Source: Octopus vulgaris (lineage: Eukaryota). From it: 64,000 nt of DNA. Below, piece after piece: positions 13,037 to 26,115 of this stretch; the stretch's first letter is position 1, and every line of letters begins with the position of its first letter. Both the position numbers and the translations under genes were made by a program. The stretch is from contig OX597820.1 of assembly GCA_951406725.2 (NCBI GenBank), positions 52,204,001-52,268,000 of the forward strand. The letters are read 5' to 3'. The notes beneath the pieces were generated by a model. That model ran no database searches and had not been told where the DNA came from. It worked only from the letters and a program-made list of their open reading frames with translations.

Positions 13037-13082
13037 TATGTATACGATGGGCTTCTTTCAGTTTCCGTCTACCAAATCCACT
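12828..13082 (-). mobile_element. SINE family A, partial
   Basis: gggcttctttcagtttccgtctaccaaatccact plus internal TA/CATA tract. Confidence 0.85.
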
Positions 13083-13956
13083 GCTTTCAAAGAACGTTAG
13101 AATAGGCAGAGGTAAGAGACAATGTGCCTGCAGGACAAAGACATGATTGCGCCTATGAATGCATTGAAACCCATCGGTCTAGTGTAGGGAATGTTCACTG
13201 AGCAAATGATATCTGTCTAAAACATATGATTATTTATTTATTGTTTATTCTAAGAATCATCATACTCGAAAATAAATATATAATTGTAAAACTTCGTTGA
13301 AATTACAAATGTTCTTACTTCAACATAGACGTTTTATTAAATCCATATGTTTAATTATGTTAGGAACTTTAAAAAAGAATATATATGATTGAATTATTAA
13401 CAGAAAATTCGTTAATAATTTTTTTATCTGCACCGCAGAGATGAACTGCAATATCTATGCCGCTGTGAATTAAAACAAAATTACATTAATACATAAATTG
13501 TACTAAAAATATAAGACACTAAATCTGATTATGAGAGGGAAACGTTATCCTGACTCTGATATTCTGACGTATTTCTTCCATGTTTTCCTTGCATCCGTTT
13601 TTTTCCCCCTTTCTCCCACTGATTGGTATCATTTACATACGGAGACTTACACACAGATACGCAAAGACACACACGCACACAAACTCACACACATAGCAAA
13701 GAGAAAGCTTTCTTGTGGCTATGAGTTCTTTTAACTCATATTTCTAGCAATGTTAGTGATAACTAGTACCCTTAGTCACTATAATGTCGTCTACTCCTTT
13801 CGGTTGTAAAGTACGAATAATCTACCTTTATTATATATATATATATATATATATATTTAAATATTAATATGACAACCAAAGAATGAATGAGATCTCGATA
13901 GTATGTAAAATATAGGAATTTATCTACAAATATAATAGGTGGCAATTAGTTGGTTG

Positions 13957-14021
13957 TCAATAAAACTCAGAATTACGAATACCGGGGCTGAACTCTGCCC
14001 CGGCACCTCATCAGTTATTAA
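13957..14021 (-). ncRNA. Hammerhead-like motif with a long GC-rich stem II (A13 mutated)
   Basis: Minus strand: TTAATAA-CTGATGA-GGTGCCGGGGC(AGAGTTCA)GCCCCGGTATT-C-GTAA-TTCTGAG-T-T-TTATTGA; 7-bp stem I; located about 100 bp from a (TA)n tract. Confidence 0.55.
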
Positions 14022-14788
14022 GACAAACGCTATGGAAAAAAAAAACGTTGAATAAATGGAAATTACTCCAATAGGCATGGGGAAGGTAATACTTCGTTCA
14101 TAGAATACGCATATGTACACATATATACACACACACACTCACGTACATGTGCGCACAAACACACACACATATGTATATATATATATATATACACTCACAC
14201 TCGCGTTTACGTGTACATACAAACACATATATACATATATATGTCTACGCATACACGCACATACGCATATATACCCATGCATGCATCACTACGCTCATAT
14301 ACACATCTCTACACGCACACACACATGTATACGCGGATGGACGTATTTACAAACAAAAAAGTTCGTTAATAACATAAACCGTAAAGCATTCATATTCGCC
14401 GCAAAATTTGAATTTACAAGCGAGTTATATATGTATACACACAAATACACACTCCTGTCTGTCAACACGTCTACACCTGCAGATATATAAACGTATACAC
14501 ATGAAGGAAAGAGGATACACATGAAGGAAAGAGATAAGTACAACAGGTAGAGTCTTGCACTCGTTTATATACAATCATTCGTACACATGTATATATTATA
14601 CACGCACGTACACATTAAGTATATACTACACGCGTATAAGTTACACAATTATAAAGGGTGAAAAATAATATACAGAAAAACTATATATAAAGCAATATAT
14701 TATATATAAGAAATATATGAGATGTTAAGACAAACGAAAAGCTTGTACGTGGGTATAATATAAAAAGCAGGTTCTCTCTGTATTTTAT

Positions 14789-15200
14789 AGGCACAGGAGA
14801 GAGGCTCTGTTGTAAGTGGCTTGCTTACCAACTACATGGTTCCGGGTCTAGTCCCACTGCGTGGCACCTTGGGCAAGTGTCTTCTACTATAGCCTCGGGC
14901 CGACCAAAACCGTGTGAGTGGATTTGTTAGACGGAAACTGAAAGAAGCCCGTCGTATATATGTACATATGTATGTGTGTGTATATGTTTGTGTGTCTGTG
15001 TTTGTCCCCCCCAACATTGCTTGGCAACCGATGCTAGTTTGTTTATGTCCTCGTAACTTAGCGGTTCGGCAAAATAGACCGATAGAATAAGGACTAGGCT
15101 TACAGAGAATAAGTCCTGGGGTCGATTTGCCCGAATAAAGACGATGCTCCTGCATAGCCGCAGTCAAATAACTGAAACAAGTAAAAGAGTAAAAGAGTAA
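14789..15200 (+). mobile_element. SINE family A, full length
   Basis: Complete head, body and tail, ending aactgaaacaagtaaaagagtaaaagagtaa. Confidence 0.92.
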
Positions 15201-15692
15201 TTATGATTGATTGGAAAATGCCTATCTAGAAGTGATAAGAAATATCTACCTATATTAAAGGTCACTTCGGGAGATCAAGGTGTTGTGAACCAGATAATTT
15301 TCCTACTATTTTTCCTATTTTTTGTTACTGGACTAATAACAGGTGCATAGGTTATTTCCTCGCTAAAACCACTATCTTTTAGAGCTTTATCATATATTGG
15401 GGCAACACTAGTAAAACTGTTTATATTGGAGAAGAGGCTAGAAAATATCTTGCTAATGTTTTTAACTAAATTCTTAAATACTATGGGGGATGGCAGGAAC
15501 GTATATTAGTATAGCTAAGTCTATCGTTGGGCTTTCTCATACGTTATGACAATATAGCAAGGATTGTCCATTGGACACTTTGTTTGCAACAAGTAGGGAA
15601 TTAACAGAGCAAAAATGTGGTACGAACATAAACCCGAAGGCATCATCGAAAATGATAGTGTAGAGATATTATTGGATTTTATGATTCACTGC

Positions 15693-15966
15693 TAAGTGAC
15701 AGGGATGTAAACTCACCAGCATCGGTTGTCAAGCGCTGTTGGGAGGACAAACACAGACATATACACACAATTATATACATACACACATATATATATATAT
15801 ATCGACGGGCTTCTTTCAGTTTCCTCTACGAAATCCACATTCAAGGCTTTGGTCAGCCCGAGGCTATAGTAGAAGTCACCTGTCCAAGGTGCCACGCAGT
15901 GGGACTGAACCCGGAACAATGTGGTTGGTAAGCAAGCTACTTACCAAACAGCCACTCTTGCGCCTA
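15693..15966 (-). mobile_element. SINE family A, 3'-truncated
   Basis: Reverse complement of the 14789 copy. Confidence 0.9.
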
Positions 15967-16707
15967 TGTATAAATGAGTTTTTTGTGGGGGTTAAAATAT
16001 ACTAAATGAAACATCTTACAATGGAATGTTTAAAATATAAGCGCTTATGCACAAACAAAATATAATTAGTACTATTCTCTTGATTATTAACCATAGTCAT
16101 ACAGTGTACTTTTAGCGCAAGTTGTCTTTCAGAAATGAATATATTAACATTGTTTCTTCTAATCACTCAAAAATCGTTTTCGCTCGAGCTAAACATAGGC
16201 AATCGCTGAAAGGTTGCTCCGACAATATTAACATATGTCCTTTCTTAATTATTTGGTAGACATCTATTTCTGCACTTGTGATATTGTTACTCTTTTTTTA
16301 TCCCGCAAAATTTAAATTTTAATGGGAATTCTTAATTGAAATGAATCACAAGAAAATAAATACAATAGCAATAATGAATTGCCAGTTTGTCACAAAGGTA
16401 CATATATTTTGGGAAAGGATATAGTCGATTTTATCGATCTAAGTACTTAACTTATAATTATTTATCTCATTAGTGACGGAAAGACGAAAATCAATTGGCA
16501 GCAGTAAATTCTGAATTCATTGCTTAAAGGAACTAAACTAAAGAACTTTAAGTGTGTTCTCCATTGAAATACGAATTCTACGAACTCTTAACTTAGTGAG
16601 TTATATATGCGTACATGTGGAAGACAACAGACTCCAAAGAATGCCTTACAATTTTTAGTACAGTAAAATAGAAAATTATGTTGCTTAATATGTTACAGTA
16701 TAAAAGA

Positions 16708-17130
16708 CGATGATCTGGCAGAAGCGTTAACGAGCCAGGCGAAATGCTTAGTAGCTGTCTTTTCTGTTTACGTTCAAATTTCGCCAAGGTCACCTTTGCC
16801 TTTCATCCTTTCGTGGTCGATGAATTAAATGCTTGTTGCGTACTGGGATCGATCTAATCTACTGGCCCTCTCCCTAAAAACATTTCGGGCTTGTACCTAG
16901 ATTAGAAAATATTATAAAAGTCGGTGAGCTGGCAGAAACGTTTACACGCCGGGCGAAATTTTTAGCGGTATTTCGTCTGCCGTTACGTTCTGAGTTCAAA
17001 TTCCGCCGAGATGGACTTTAAATTTCATCCTTTCGGGGTTCAATTACGCACAAAGGTCGATGTAATCGACTTAATTCCTTTGTCTTTGTTTGTCCCATCT
17101 ATGTTTAGCCACCTGAGGGCAATATAAATA
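16708..17130 (+). mobile_element. Two adjacent SINE family B copies (16708-16910 and 16921-17130)
   Basis: Head ctggcagaa.cgtt..acgccgggcgaaat, gagttcaaattcc B-box-like motif, gcctttcatcctttcggggtcgat module. Confidence 0.85.
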
Positions 17131-17132
17131 TA

Positions 17133-17163
17133 CTAGCTATTTTGACCCGTGCTTCGCTCGGGT
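17133..17163 (-). mobile_element. Helitron 3' terminus (extent of the element unknown)
   Basis: Minus strand: hairpin ACCCGAGC-GAA-GCACGGGT, 8 nt, then CTAG followed by T; this is the classic Helitron 3' signature. Confidence 0.7.
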
Positions 17164-17597
17164 TTTGGTAGTGGTGTTGTTTTATGTATGTTGTCTCCTT
17201 TTCCCTTTCTTCTTTTGTTCGACTTCTTTGCTTGGTTCTTTTTATTGCTCTCTTCTTTACCCTATTTTTCCAAAATCCCCCATATTTTTACACCCACAGT
17301 TAAAGATAACCGCCACTAGTCCCAGCAGCCACACGAAAATCCACCATTATTCAAACAGCGCAACCTGTCTATCCCATAAAACTCCTCACCATGGCAACCA
17401 AACGGTAGCCCCCGAGTGACTTGCAACCCACATCACACCATTGCTCACCCCATTTTACCCTCCAGTGTAAATTTTGGCGCCAATCCGACCCCATCTACCG
17501 CCCGTTAATCCGTTCCCATACCAAAATGAGACAAATAACCAAGAAATCAAACAGCTATTTCGCATTTCAGCTGTATAGATATTGATTGCATTATACG

Positions 17598-17715
17598 CAA
17601 TGTGATGTGAGGCATCCAGCAACAGGACCTCCGTAATACTATGATGGACCGTGAAGTCTGATGCAACATAGTAAATTCCATTGTCTCGACCACGGTCGAA
17701 CAATGATGATGATGA
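17598..17715 (+). mobile_element. RTE-type LINE 3' fragment with (TGA)n tail
   Basis: Encodes QQDLRNTMMDREV*CNIVNS (RTE C-terminal M.DR..WR..V pattern); stem-loop tcgacc-ac-ggtcga, then tgatgatgatga. Confidence 0.7.
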
Positions 17716-18491
17716 TATTCTACGTTATCATAATTGCTTCTGCTTATTACATGCCACCTCCTCTCTGCCATTCCTCAGATACTGGTCTCCCAAAGTAGTA
17801 TTGCCAAATTTACTGTCTCCTGCACTCACCACAGCACGCAGACCATGTTTCCCACAATAGGACACCCTTCGTGTTCACTTATCGACTTAAAAGTTTTTAT
17901 ACTGTACTCATAAGTTATCAAACATTTGTGCCAAGTGGACTTGTGGTAGTTTTGAGTACTGCAACACTCCAAAATTGAGAAAGCAAAATAAAATTTAATT
18001 ATTACTTTTTAACGAAACACCTCATCTCAATTGCTGTTTGAAGTGCTAGATGTATCAGCTAGACTTCAGCAAATTGCCTAATGCCTTAAAGCATTACACA
18101 TCAAAGATTATAATCAGGAATGCACAAGAATGAGCTAAATCAAATAGTCCGCCTATTTATTGAAACCTGAATTTCATATCAAGAAATGATGAAATAATTC
18201 ACACTTCACAAATTCTTACACAATTGCAGACCAATATTATAAATTCTCTCACAAGAAATAAAGGAGACTGCAAAATAATACAAGAAACGATAAAACAAAT
18301 GCAACTTCAGGCATTGCTTACTGAACGTGCTTTCCTACAACATTCGCATGAAATAATATGTAATGGGAATAAAAATTCTCAAATTTCTCACTTCACAAGC
18401 AGTTGTCTGCTTTAGTTCTTTTCTTTTTTTAAAATATTATGTGTGTGTGTGTATGTGTGAGTGTGTGTGTGCATACATACATACATACATG

Positions 18492-18603
<112 letters not shown>

Positions 18604-18846
18604 AGCAATGGACAGCAATATTTGTCTTTCAAGTTTTTTCTATATTTCGGAAAATCGTTATGCAATTACGTTCTGCTCGGTAGAGATTAAATGCGATTAC
18701 ATTATAGCAGTGCGCAAAATATGAACAATATATAAAACAATGACTGAAACTTAATGCGCAGCGTTGTATTAAACAGATTCAAAATGTAAGTTCGTTTAGA
18801 CATTTAACTCCCCTGCCCTCACACCCAGCCCCAATCCCCAACCCCA

Positions 18847-19290
18847 CAAAAAAGGCCTGTCTCATCAATACTGAAAGCATTTGCTGCGTTACATATTATC
18901 CTTCGACGATAAAGTGGTGAGCTGGCAGTACCGTTAGCACGCCGGGCGAAATGCGTAGCCGAATTTCGTCTGCCGTTACGTTTTGAGTTCAAATTCCGCC
19001 GAGGTCGACTTTGCCTTTCATCATTTCGGGGTCGATAAATTAAGTACCAGTTACGCACTGGGGTCAATGTAATCGACTAAATTCGTTTGTCTGTCCTTGT
19101 TTGTCCCCTCTATGTTTAGTCACTTGTGGGTAGTAAAGAAACATTATCCTTCGACGATAATATTTTGCAGCAGTGATAGGAAAGTAGTTGCTGCTGGCTA
19201 TGTTGACGCTTGCAGATCTGCTGACGAGCTTGTACGTGAAGCAATTAGAGCGATTCTCGAAACTTAGGCGAATTTTGAATTCTAACAGTT
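18847..19290 (-). pseudogene. Tigger/pogo transposase fragment interrupted by a SINE
   Basis: Minus strand ...LQNIIVEG*YVTQQ / AFSIDETGLF (pogo DETGLF motif), read across the SINE insertion. Confidence 0.75.
18913..19142 (+). mobile_element. SINE family B with an 18-bp target-site duplication
   Basis: attatccttcgacgataa at 18895-18912 and at 19143-19160. Confidence 0.95.
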
Positions 19291-20174
19291 GAAACCTCGT
19301 CTGTTCTTTACCTCATCATATACGCATAAGGATTTTATTTGAGCGGCGTCTAGCAAACAAGGTAGATTACACCAGTCTGTTTCCCCAGATCAATTGAAAG
19401 ACCTTTCTATAGTTTCATGTAAGTTGGCTCTATTCCTATTTCATTTTGCAGCAACTGAAGATATACCTTGAGAATAAGCTATTGTTTTTCTTCAACCGTT
19501 TTGCGAATTGTTCCACTGATTTAGATTGCAGAATCAGGGTTGCAACGGTCTATATAGCTTATTTCTGTATGTGTAACCCATCTTGTTGCGACAGAGGTGT
19601 AGAACACAAGATATTTCGTTCCCGGATGTCCAGTAACAAGTTGCATTTCCTCAGACAATTTAGACATGTTATTAAATGAAAATTATAAGTTGTGACAATT
19701 AAACCAATAAAAGCAGTAAGCGGCGAACGTACTGATTAAAACAAAGCGACTGAATGATGAACGGTTATTAAGTCTATCATAAAATTAGTCCGGTTTTGTT
19801 ACTTTTGGTTTTGAAATGATAGTCACTAGAAAGGGAACATTATAAATTTCGTGGCTAAACGTTGTGTTCATCGCTGTTGTCTATTTTCACTTTGAGCTAC
19901 ATAAATAAATTTCCGGATCTGCAACCCAAATGTCTTAGAACGTTTCGCAAAAAGGTCGAAAACTTAAAACTTGCTTTCAAATTTTAGTGCCTTTAGCTTT
20001 CACAAAATGAAATAGCTATAGAACCAGCTTAAAAGAAAATATCGAAAGATATTAACCTGAGGTAGATTCAATTCACCTTGTATGTTAGACGTCACTCAAA
20101 TAAAATTACCACGTATATTTGATGAGCTAATTAAAGGATGACGTCTTACTGCTAGGATGAGAATTTGAGATCAG

Positions 20175-20335
20175 AAATCGAGATTGGTTTGAGCGTTTCA
20201 TAAATATCTCAAAATTGCTTCATATACAAGAGAATCAGCAGATCTGCAAGTTCCACCATGGCAAACAACAACTGCTTTCCCATCATTACTGAAAAGCATT
20301 ATCATGCAACGGTGGAATTGTTTTAGTAGACACGC
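20175..20335 (+). pseudogene. Second Tigger/pogo fragment, inverted relative to the first
   Basis: tggtttgagcgtttc (WFERF); tcagcagatctgcaag...actgctttcccatcattactgaaaagcattatc aligns with the reverse complement of 19150-19270. Confidence 0.65.
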
Positions 20336-21375
20336 TTGTTTTGGGAATAAATGTGAAAACCAACTCGCATTTCGAAAACAAAAATAACTCAGCATAACTG
20401 AGGATGTTAAAGAAATTGTATGACTCTCATACTTCGTGGCATTCTTCCAAAGTATCAAAGGCTAAAGCGAGAGGCTACTTATCATTCTAAGATTCCAGTA
20501 GCTATGAATGAATTCGCTTATTTTCCCGTTCTCGTAAAAAGGCGATCATGAGAAAATGAGTGGATCACTAGAACTGTGTTTCAAAATTGATTTAATTCTT
20601 GTTTCTCTCCAAATGTCAAAGATTATTGCTAGGATAAAAATCATTAAAATATATTATTGCTTCTTGAGAAGCAATGCCATAAGGCATTTCAACTGACAGA
20701 TGACGTTCGAGTAGCCTTCCCGCCTCCAAATTCTACCATCTTGATTCTAAACTGAAGCCGGTGGGTATTACTACATTCGATTTACTGTGCTGCAATTCAT
20801 GAAATTCTCAGATGTCAAAACTAAACCAATGCTCAAGGGATTTTGATGTGGTTGCCAAATGAAGAGTGCTCTTGAAAATTTGACAGAGGTATGAGCGACA
20901 AATGGAATCGGCCACAATGCATCTTGTTTTGTATAAAATGTATCCAAACTGCATAGCACTTTTACTGGATAAGTAGGCCAAAACAAAATGTTTATCAAAA
21001 GACTATTATGGTAGCAATTCATGTTAGATTAGATAAAATAAATCAAATGTATGGTAGAATTTATAGGATCTGTATAACAAAGTTTAAAACAAGGAATGTT
21101 TGAAGTATCTAGTTGGCCGTTTATTGAAGTATCTAGTTGGCCATTTATCTCACTAAATACTTACTGTAAGCATACACTGCAGAAATATAATAATTGCTTG
21201 AATCATTGGGAAATAAAATCAATTTTATTTTAGGTTCAACATTTCATTTCTCAAAAGCATATCAGCTTGGGTGCAGGCGAATGGCTTAGTTGTTAGAGTA
21301 TTGGATTCATAATCGAGCAATTGTGTTTCGACTGTTTGACTTGGCGAAGTATTGTGCTCTTGAGGAAAATACTTC

Positions 21376-21432
21376 TGAACCCGGAAACATGTAGTTGGTA
21401 AGCAAGCTACTTACCGCACAGCCACTTCTGCG

Positions 21433-21435
<3 letters not shown>
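21376..21435 (-). mobile_element. SINE family A head fragment
   Basis: ctgaacccggaaacatgtagttggtaagcaagctacttaccgcacagccacttctgcgcct. Confidence 0.85.
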
Positions 21436-21481
<46 letters not shown>

Positions 21482-21482
21482 G

Positions 21483-21663
21483 ATAGATCGCTAGCCACTA
21501 CACATTCCTTTTCTCTCCTTGTTTCTTTTTGTGTGCCTTTCAGTGGAAGAGCGTAGGCTCGAAACGTTAAAGACTTTTTCATTTATCGAGCATTATACTA
21601 ATACATCTCTTTCTTGTCTACACCACCTGTCTTCGTATTTTGTTGTTTTTATGAATTCTCCCT
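21483..21663 (+). mobile_element. About 180-bp hammerhead-bearing element (sister subfamily) between microsatellites
   Basis: 21536-21574: CCTTT-CAGTGGA-A-GAGC(GTAG)GCTC-GAAACGTT-A-AAGA, core degenerate; its 3' end also occurs inverted at 55259-55306. Confidence 0.7.
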
Positions 21664-21708
21664 CTGTCTCTCTCTGTCTCTCTGTCTCTCTCTCTGTCTC
21701 TCTGTCTC

Positions 21709-21757
<49 letters not shown>

Positions 21758-21924
21758 TTACATATATACGCTATGAAACTTGAAATTGGCCATTATGTGT
21801 CGGTATGACTCGAGAAGTTAAATTTACCTTTAACAACTTGCTGTACAGAGTACTGAGAGTAAGTGCTGAAACACGACTAACACTAGTAATAATAAAGTGA
21901 CTCAAATTTTGAAGCAAAGCGAAT

Positions 21925-22075
21925 AATATATTACATCGACGGAAGTACTTGACTGATACGTTGTGCTATCGATCCAGAAAGAATGAAAAGTAAAGGTAAC
22001 CCCAGTAGAACTGAACTCAGAACGTAAAGGACCGGAAGAGATGACACTAAGCCTTTTCCCCATGCGTCTGATACA
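21925..22075 (-). mobile_element. SINE family B, highly diverged
   Basis: gaatgaaaagtaaaggtaacccc...tgaactcagaacgtaa is the reverse complement of the family B core. Confidence 0.6.
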
Positions 22076-23656
22076 ACTGAAAGGCATTTTAGCTACGCAC
22101 CATCATAATCAACAAAAACAACAACACATAAAACAGATGGTAACATGATAAAATATTCTCGGAGTATGCCAACGCAACCATTCCTCTGAAGCATCTCTAT
22201 TTCATACAGCAAGCGACATTAAAGAAAAACGGTCTCATATTAAGGCAACAAGGACAAGTAAAATAATTAGTATGTGATTGTTTACTGGATTCCAAGTGAC
22301 AATGAATATCTAAATGAAATAGATATCTAAATATCTGTCGGGACACCTTGTTTCGTTATGCTACAAAGTATGATTTATAATAATATATAACAAAGTATAA
22401 TTTCTATAGAAATTTTATAGCGATAACCTTAACATATATTTGCATCGCCCGATGTGAGAGGTGAAAAATATAACCGGAGTAATAATCCTTTCTTATATAG
22501 GCACAAGGCTTAAAGATATTAGTGGGAGGGCATTACTTGATTACATTGACTTCGGTATATGGCTGGTACTTATTTCATCGACTGCAAAATAATACAAGAA
22601 ACGATAAAACAAATGCAACTTCAGGCATTGCTTACTTTGGAAAATGCGCCTCAATCTGAGATCTTTTGCTGGCTATAGATGCATAGAAAGCTTTTTTAAT
22701 GAAGGTTGACCATTCAGCTTCACATGTTTGGCAAGGCATTGGAAAGATTTCTTAAATAAGATTATCAGTTGATTGTGCACGCAAGGTTCCCCTCGCCTGT
22801 AATAATCCTCAAAGTGACAGTCAATACGATACTAGTCTGGTCGTCATAGACACGGCTTCAATAACGATGGAAGACGAACAGCTAGTACTGATACCACAAA
22901 GCATAGTTGCAACAATCTGCCAATTGATAAACTTGGATTGATACCATCGCTGTCAAGAGCATAATCATGAAACGGAAAAGTAACTGCACGAGATTTTAAA
23001 TCACCGTGCGGAATTTCAGAATAAACACAGCGATGCACTTCATCACACTGTCAATTCGTGTCATTCAGCATCTATGCGTATGGACTCGAGCATTCCAACC
23101 GTTAAGTCGGCTCCTGGTCTGCTAGAAATAGCAGTCAAGCATCTGTCAAATAACACCTATCCGTTTGTCCTTGCGTATTAGTTCTCTGCATTGGGGAATA
23201 TCTCGAAATGTTCACGGCTAAAAGTAACGCACAATAATGAATTTTGTGTGAGGTGCAGGATATATACATACCTCAATATGATTTTCACTTAAATCACAAT
23301 ATGTATTAGTAAATAATGGCGGTGCCTCAGCATGGCCACAGCTTCAAGGCTGAAGCATATAAAGAAAATAAAAGGAGACCGTAATGTCATACATTTACGA
23401 TCGTTTTCATAGCAATGAGCATATTCTACAGATGTAATACGAAGGGACACATTAGGTATGTGTCTTGAAATGCGACACTTACATATACAAACACGAAAAA
23501 AATACTTATTCAGAACATAGTGTATTTTGGTGTGTACGTGTAAAATCCTAAGTATGCGTGTATATACGAATTCACGTGATTGCGTACTTCAGATTGTGCT
23601 TTTGAATTAATATATAGTTACGTGTTTAAGTACGTGTGCATATATACACATTTATA

Positions 23657-23719
<63 letters not shown>

Positions 23720-23736
23720 GTGTGCTTTAATATCGA

Positions 23737-23774
<38 letters not shown>

Positions 23775-24150
23775 TGTATTGTTCGTGTACGACTGTGTGC
23801 GGAGGTATGAGTGTGAGTCTATATTACTAATCCTCAGAAACTTTTATTCAAGCTGACAGCTTTCAGGATCCAAGTATTCTGTGACGCCATAATTTATTTC
23901 TTGTCAGTCTTCCGTTTTCTCAGTCCTTCCCTCCGAATACTTCTCCTTCACAAATTATAGACTACACATTTCTAAACATAATTTAAACCTAAATACTCCC
24001 ATATTTGCATGCACACACATACGCACATACATACACACACGCAAATAAATACATGCATAAATACATACGTATATGCATTGAAACATACGCATATATATAT
24101 ACACACACACACACACGCCCGAATACATATATAGATATAAACATGCATAC

Positions 24151-24181
<31 letters not shown>

Positions 24182-24397
24182 CATACTAACTTACGTACTT
24201 AGGCAGTGAATGGTACTCCAAAAGAATCAAATTCGTACGACGGCATACACACAAACCGACGTAACCATAGTAATACACATATATATTACATAAGTATGTG
24301 TATGTGTATATGAGCTTGCGTATATACTGGCGTAGGCACATGGCGTTGATCGGGTACCAACTATATAGAAATTATATCCTTCTTTATATATTTCCAT

Positions 24398-24790
24398 TGT
24401 GAAGGTGCGTAGCTTAGTTGTTAAGGTATTCGGTTGACAATCGCAAGGTCGTGAGTTCGATTTCCGTGGACAACTCGAGTCCCTAGTTGTGGCCTAGTTG
24501 TTAGGGGTGTTGGCTCGTAAGATTGTGCCGTTGATCCCTGGACCGGGCGACTCGTTGTGTCTCTGAGCAAAACACTTCATTACAAGTTGTTAGTCTTGTC
24601 ACTTCAAAACACTTCATTACAAGTGTTAGTCTTGTCACTTTTTGTATCACGCTGTATTTTCACTGAGAACTATGTTAAGGATTCACGTGTTTGTGGAGTG
24701 CTCAGTTACTTGTACGTTCATTTCACGTGCAGTCAGTTCCGTTGATCAGATCCACTGGAAACCGCGTCGGCGTAACTAACGGAATGCCAG
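24398..24790 (+). mobile_element. tRNA-headed SINE family C, rearranged
   Basis: tagcttagttg A-box-like and gagttcgatttc B-box-like motifs; tail gagaactatgttaagg...actggaaaccgcgtcggcgtaac is homologous to 41630-41780. Confidence 0.7.
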
Positions 24791-24960
24791 TTTTCGTTAA
24801 ACACAGCTGAATAAATCGAAGCGAGGAATGTGCAAAATTCTCATTCACAGTTTCTCCTATGACAATATCACCGAGAGCCTGTTCTCAACTAAGCGAATTT
24901 GTATTATGTCCGCCCAAACCATTCGTTATGCATTTTACAATCAATACTATGCAACCCCTA

Positions 24961-25196
24961 AGGCGGCGAGCTGGCAGAGACGTTAGCTCGCCGGGCAAAA
25001 TGCGTAGCCGTATTTCGTGTCTTTACGTTCTGAGTTCAAATTCCACCGAGGTCGACTTTGCCTTTTATCGTTTCGGGGTCGATAAATTAAGTACAAGTTA
25101 CACACTGGGGTCGATGTAATCGACTTAATCCGTTTGTCTGTCCTTGTTTGTCCCCTCTGTGTTTAGCCGCTTGTGGGTAGTAAAGAAATAGGTATT
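24961..25196 (+). mobile_element. SINE family B, full length, followed by the start of a second unit (ggtattt)
   Basis: Near-consensus copy. Confidence 0.9.
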
Positions 25197-25440
25197 TTGT
25201 GGCCTAGTTGTTAGGGGTGTTGGCTCGTAAGATTGTGCCGTCGATCCCTGGACCGGGCAACTCGTTGTGTCTCTGAGCAAAACACTTCATTACAAGTTGC
25301 TCCCGTGCACTCAGCTTGCAAAAATAAATAATCCTGCGACGGACCGGCGTCACGTCCAGGTGGGGAATATATACGCCATGAAATCGAGAAACCGGCCCCT
25401 ATCAGTTGGCAACGACTCGATAAAGTAAATTTACCTTACC
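25197..25440 (+). mobile_element. Another tRNA-headed SINE (family D) with an (ACCTT)n-like tail
   Basis: tggcctagttgtt head, tgtgtctctgagcaaaacactt central motif, tail ttaccttaccctttt. Confidence 0.6.
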
Positions 25441-25674
25441 CTTTTACATCATTTGTGGCAGCATTAATCACTATATTCAGAACGCCGAAAACTAAAACAA
25501 TTCTGTTCCTTTGCAACACGCATTTATTTTTTAACATTGATTAGCGGATATTAAAACTGAGTATAACATTTATACATATCCTACATCTCAGTGAAGGAGT
25601 GTGCTTATCGAAGTCATGAGCATAAACCTTTCTTCATAACCGAATGATAAATCTAAATATACATATACATATAC

Positions 25675-25705
<31 letters not shown>

Positions 25706-25754
25706 CGTGTATGCATGTATGCATGTATGTATGTGTGTGTGAGTGTGTGTATTG

Positions 25755-26115
25755 TTGCGTGATAAGACGTTCACTTCGCAACCAGATGGTTTAGGGTTCA
25801 GTCCCACTTCATGGTAACTGGTAATTTTGTGAGGTGCTTTCTCCTACAACCTTGGTCCGATCAGAGTTTGGTGAGCGAAGCTAAAAAAGACTGTCGCATA
25901 GATATGCATATATATGTACATGCGTGTGTGTGTGTGTGTCTTGGTTTTTGTGTCTGCTTTCCCGAACCCACGCTTGACAGCCGCTGTTACTTTGCTTACA
26001 TCCTCTAACATTGCGGTTCACCATCGAGACCAAAAGTGTATGAAGCTTTAACAACAATACTGGGGTGGATTCGTTCGACGAGCATTCTCCAAGACGGGCA
26101 TGGGCAGATTCTAAT
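25755..26115 (+). mobile_element. SINE family A, diverged
   Basis: gggttcagtcccact, internal GT tract, tggggtggattcgttcgac. Confidence 0.65.

Noticed and set aside
21101-21148. Short tandem duplications (also near 14495, 45512 and 53258)
   Set aside because: Ordinary 20-36-bp slippage duplications with no further structure.
24398-24470. tRNA-like sequence (also the heads of SINE A and B)
   Set aside because: Only A/B-box remnants with no closed cloverleaf; these are SINE heads.
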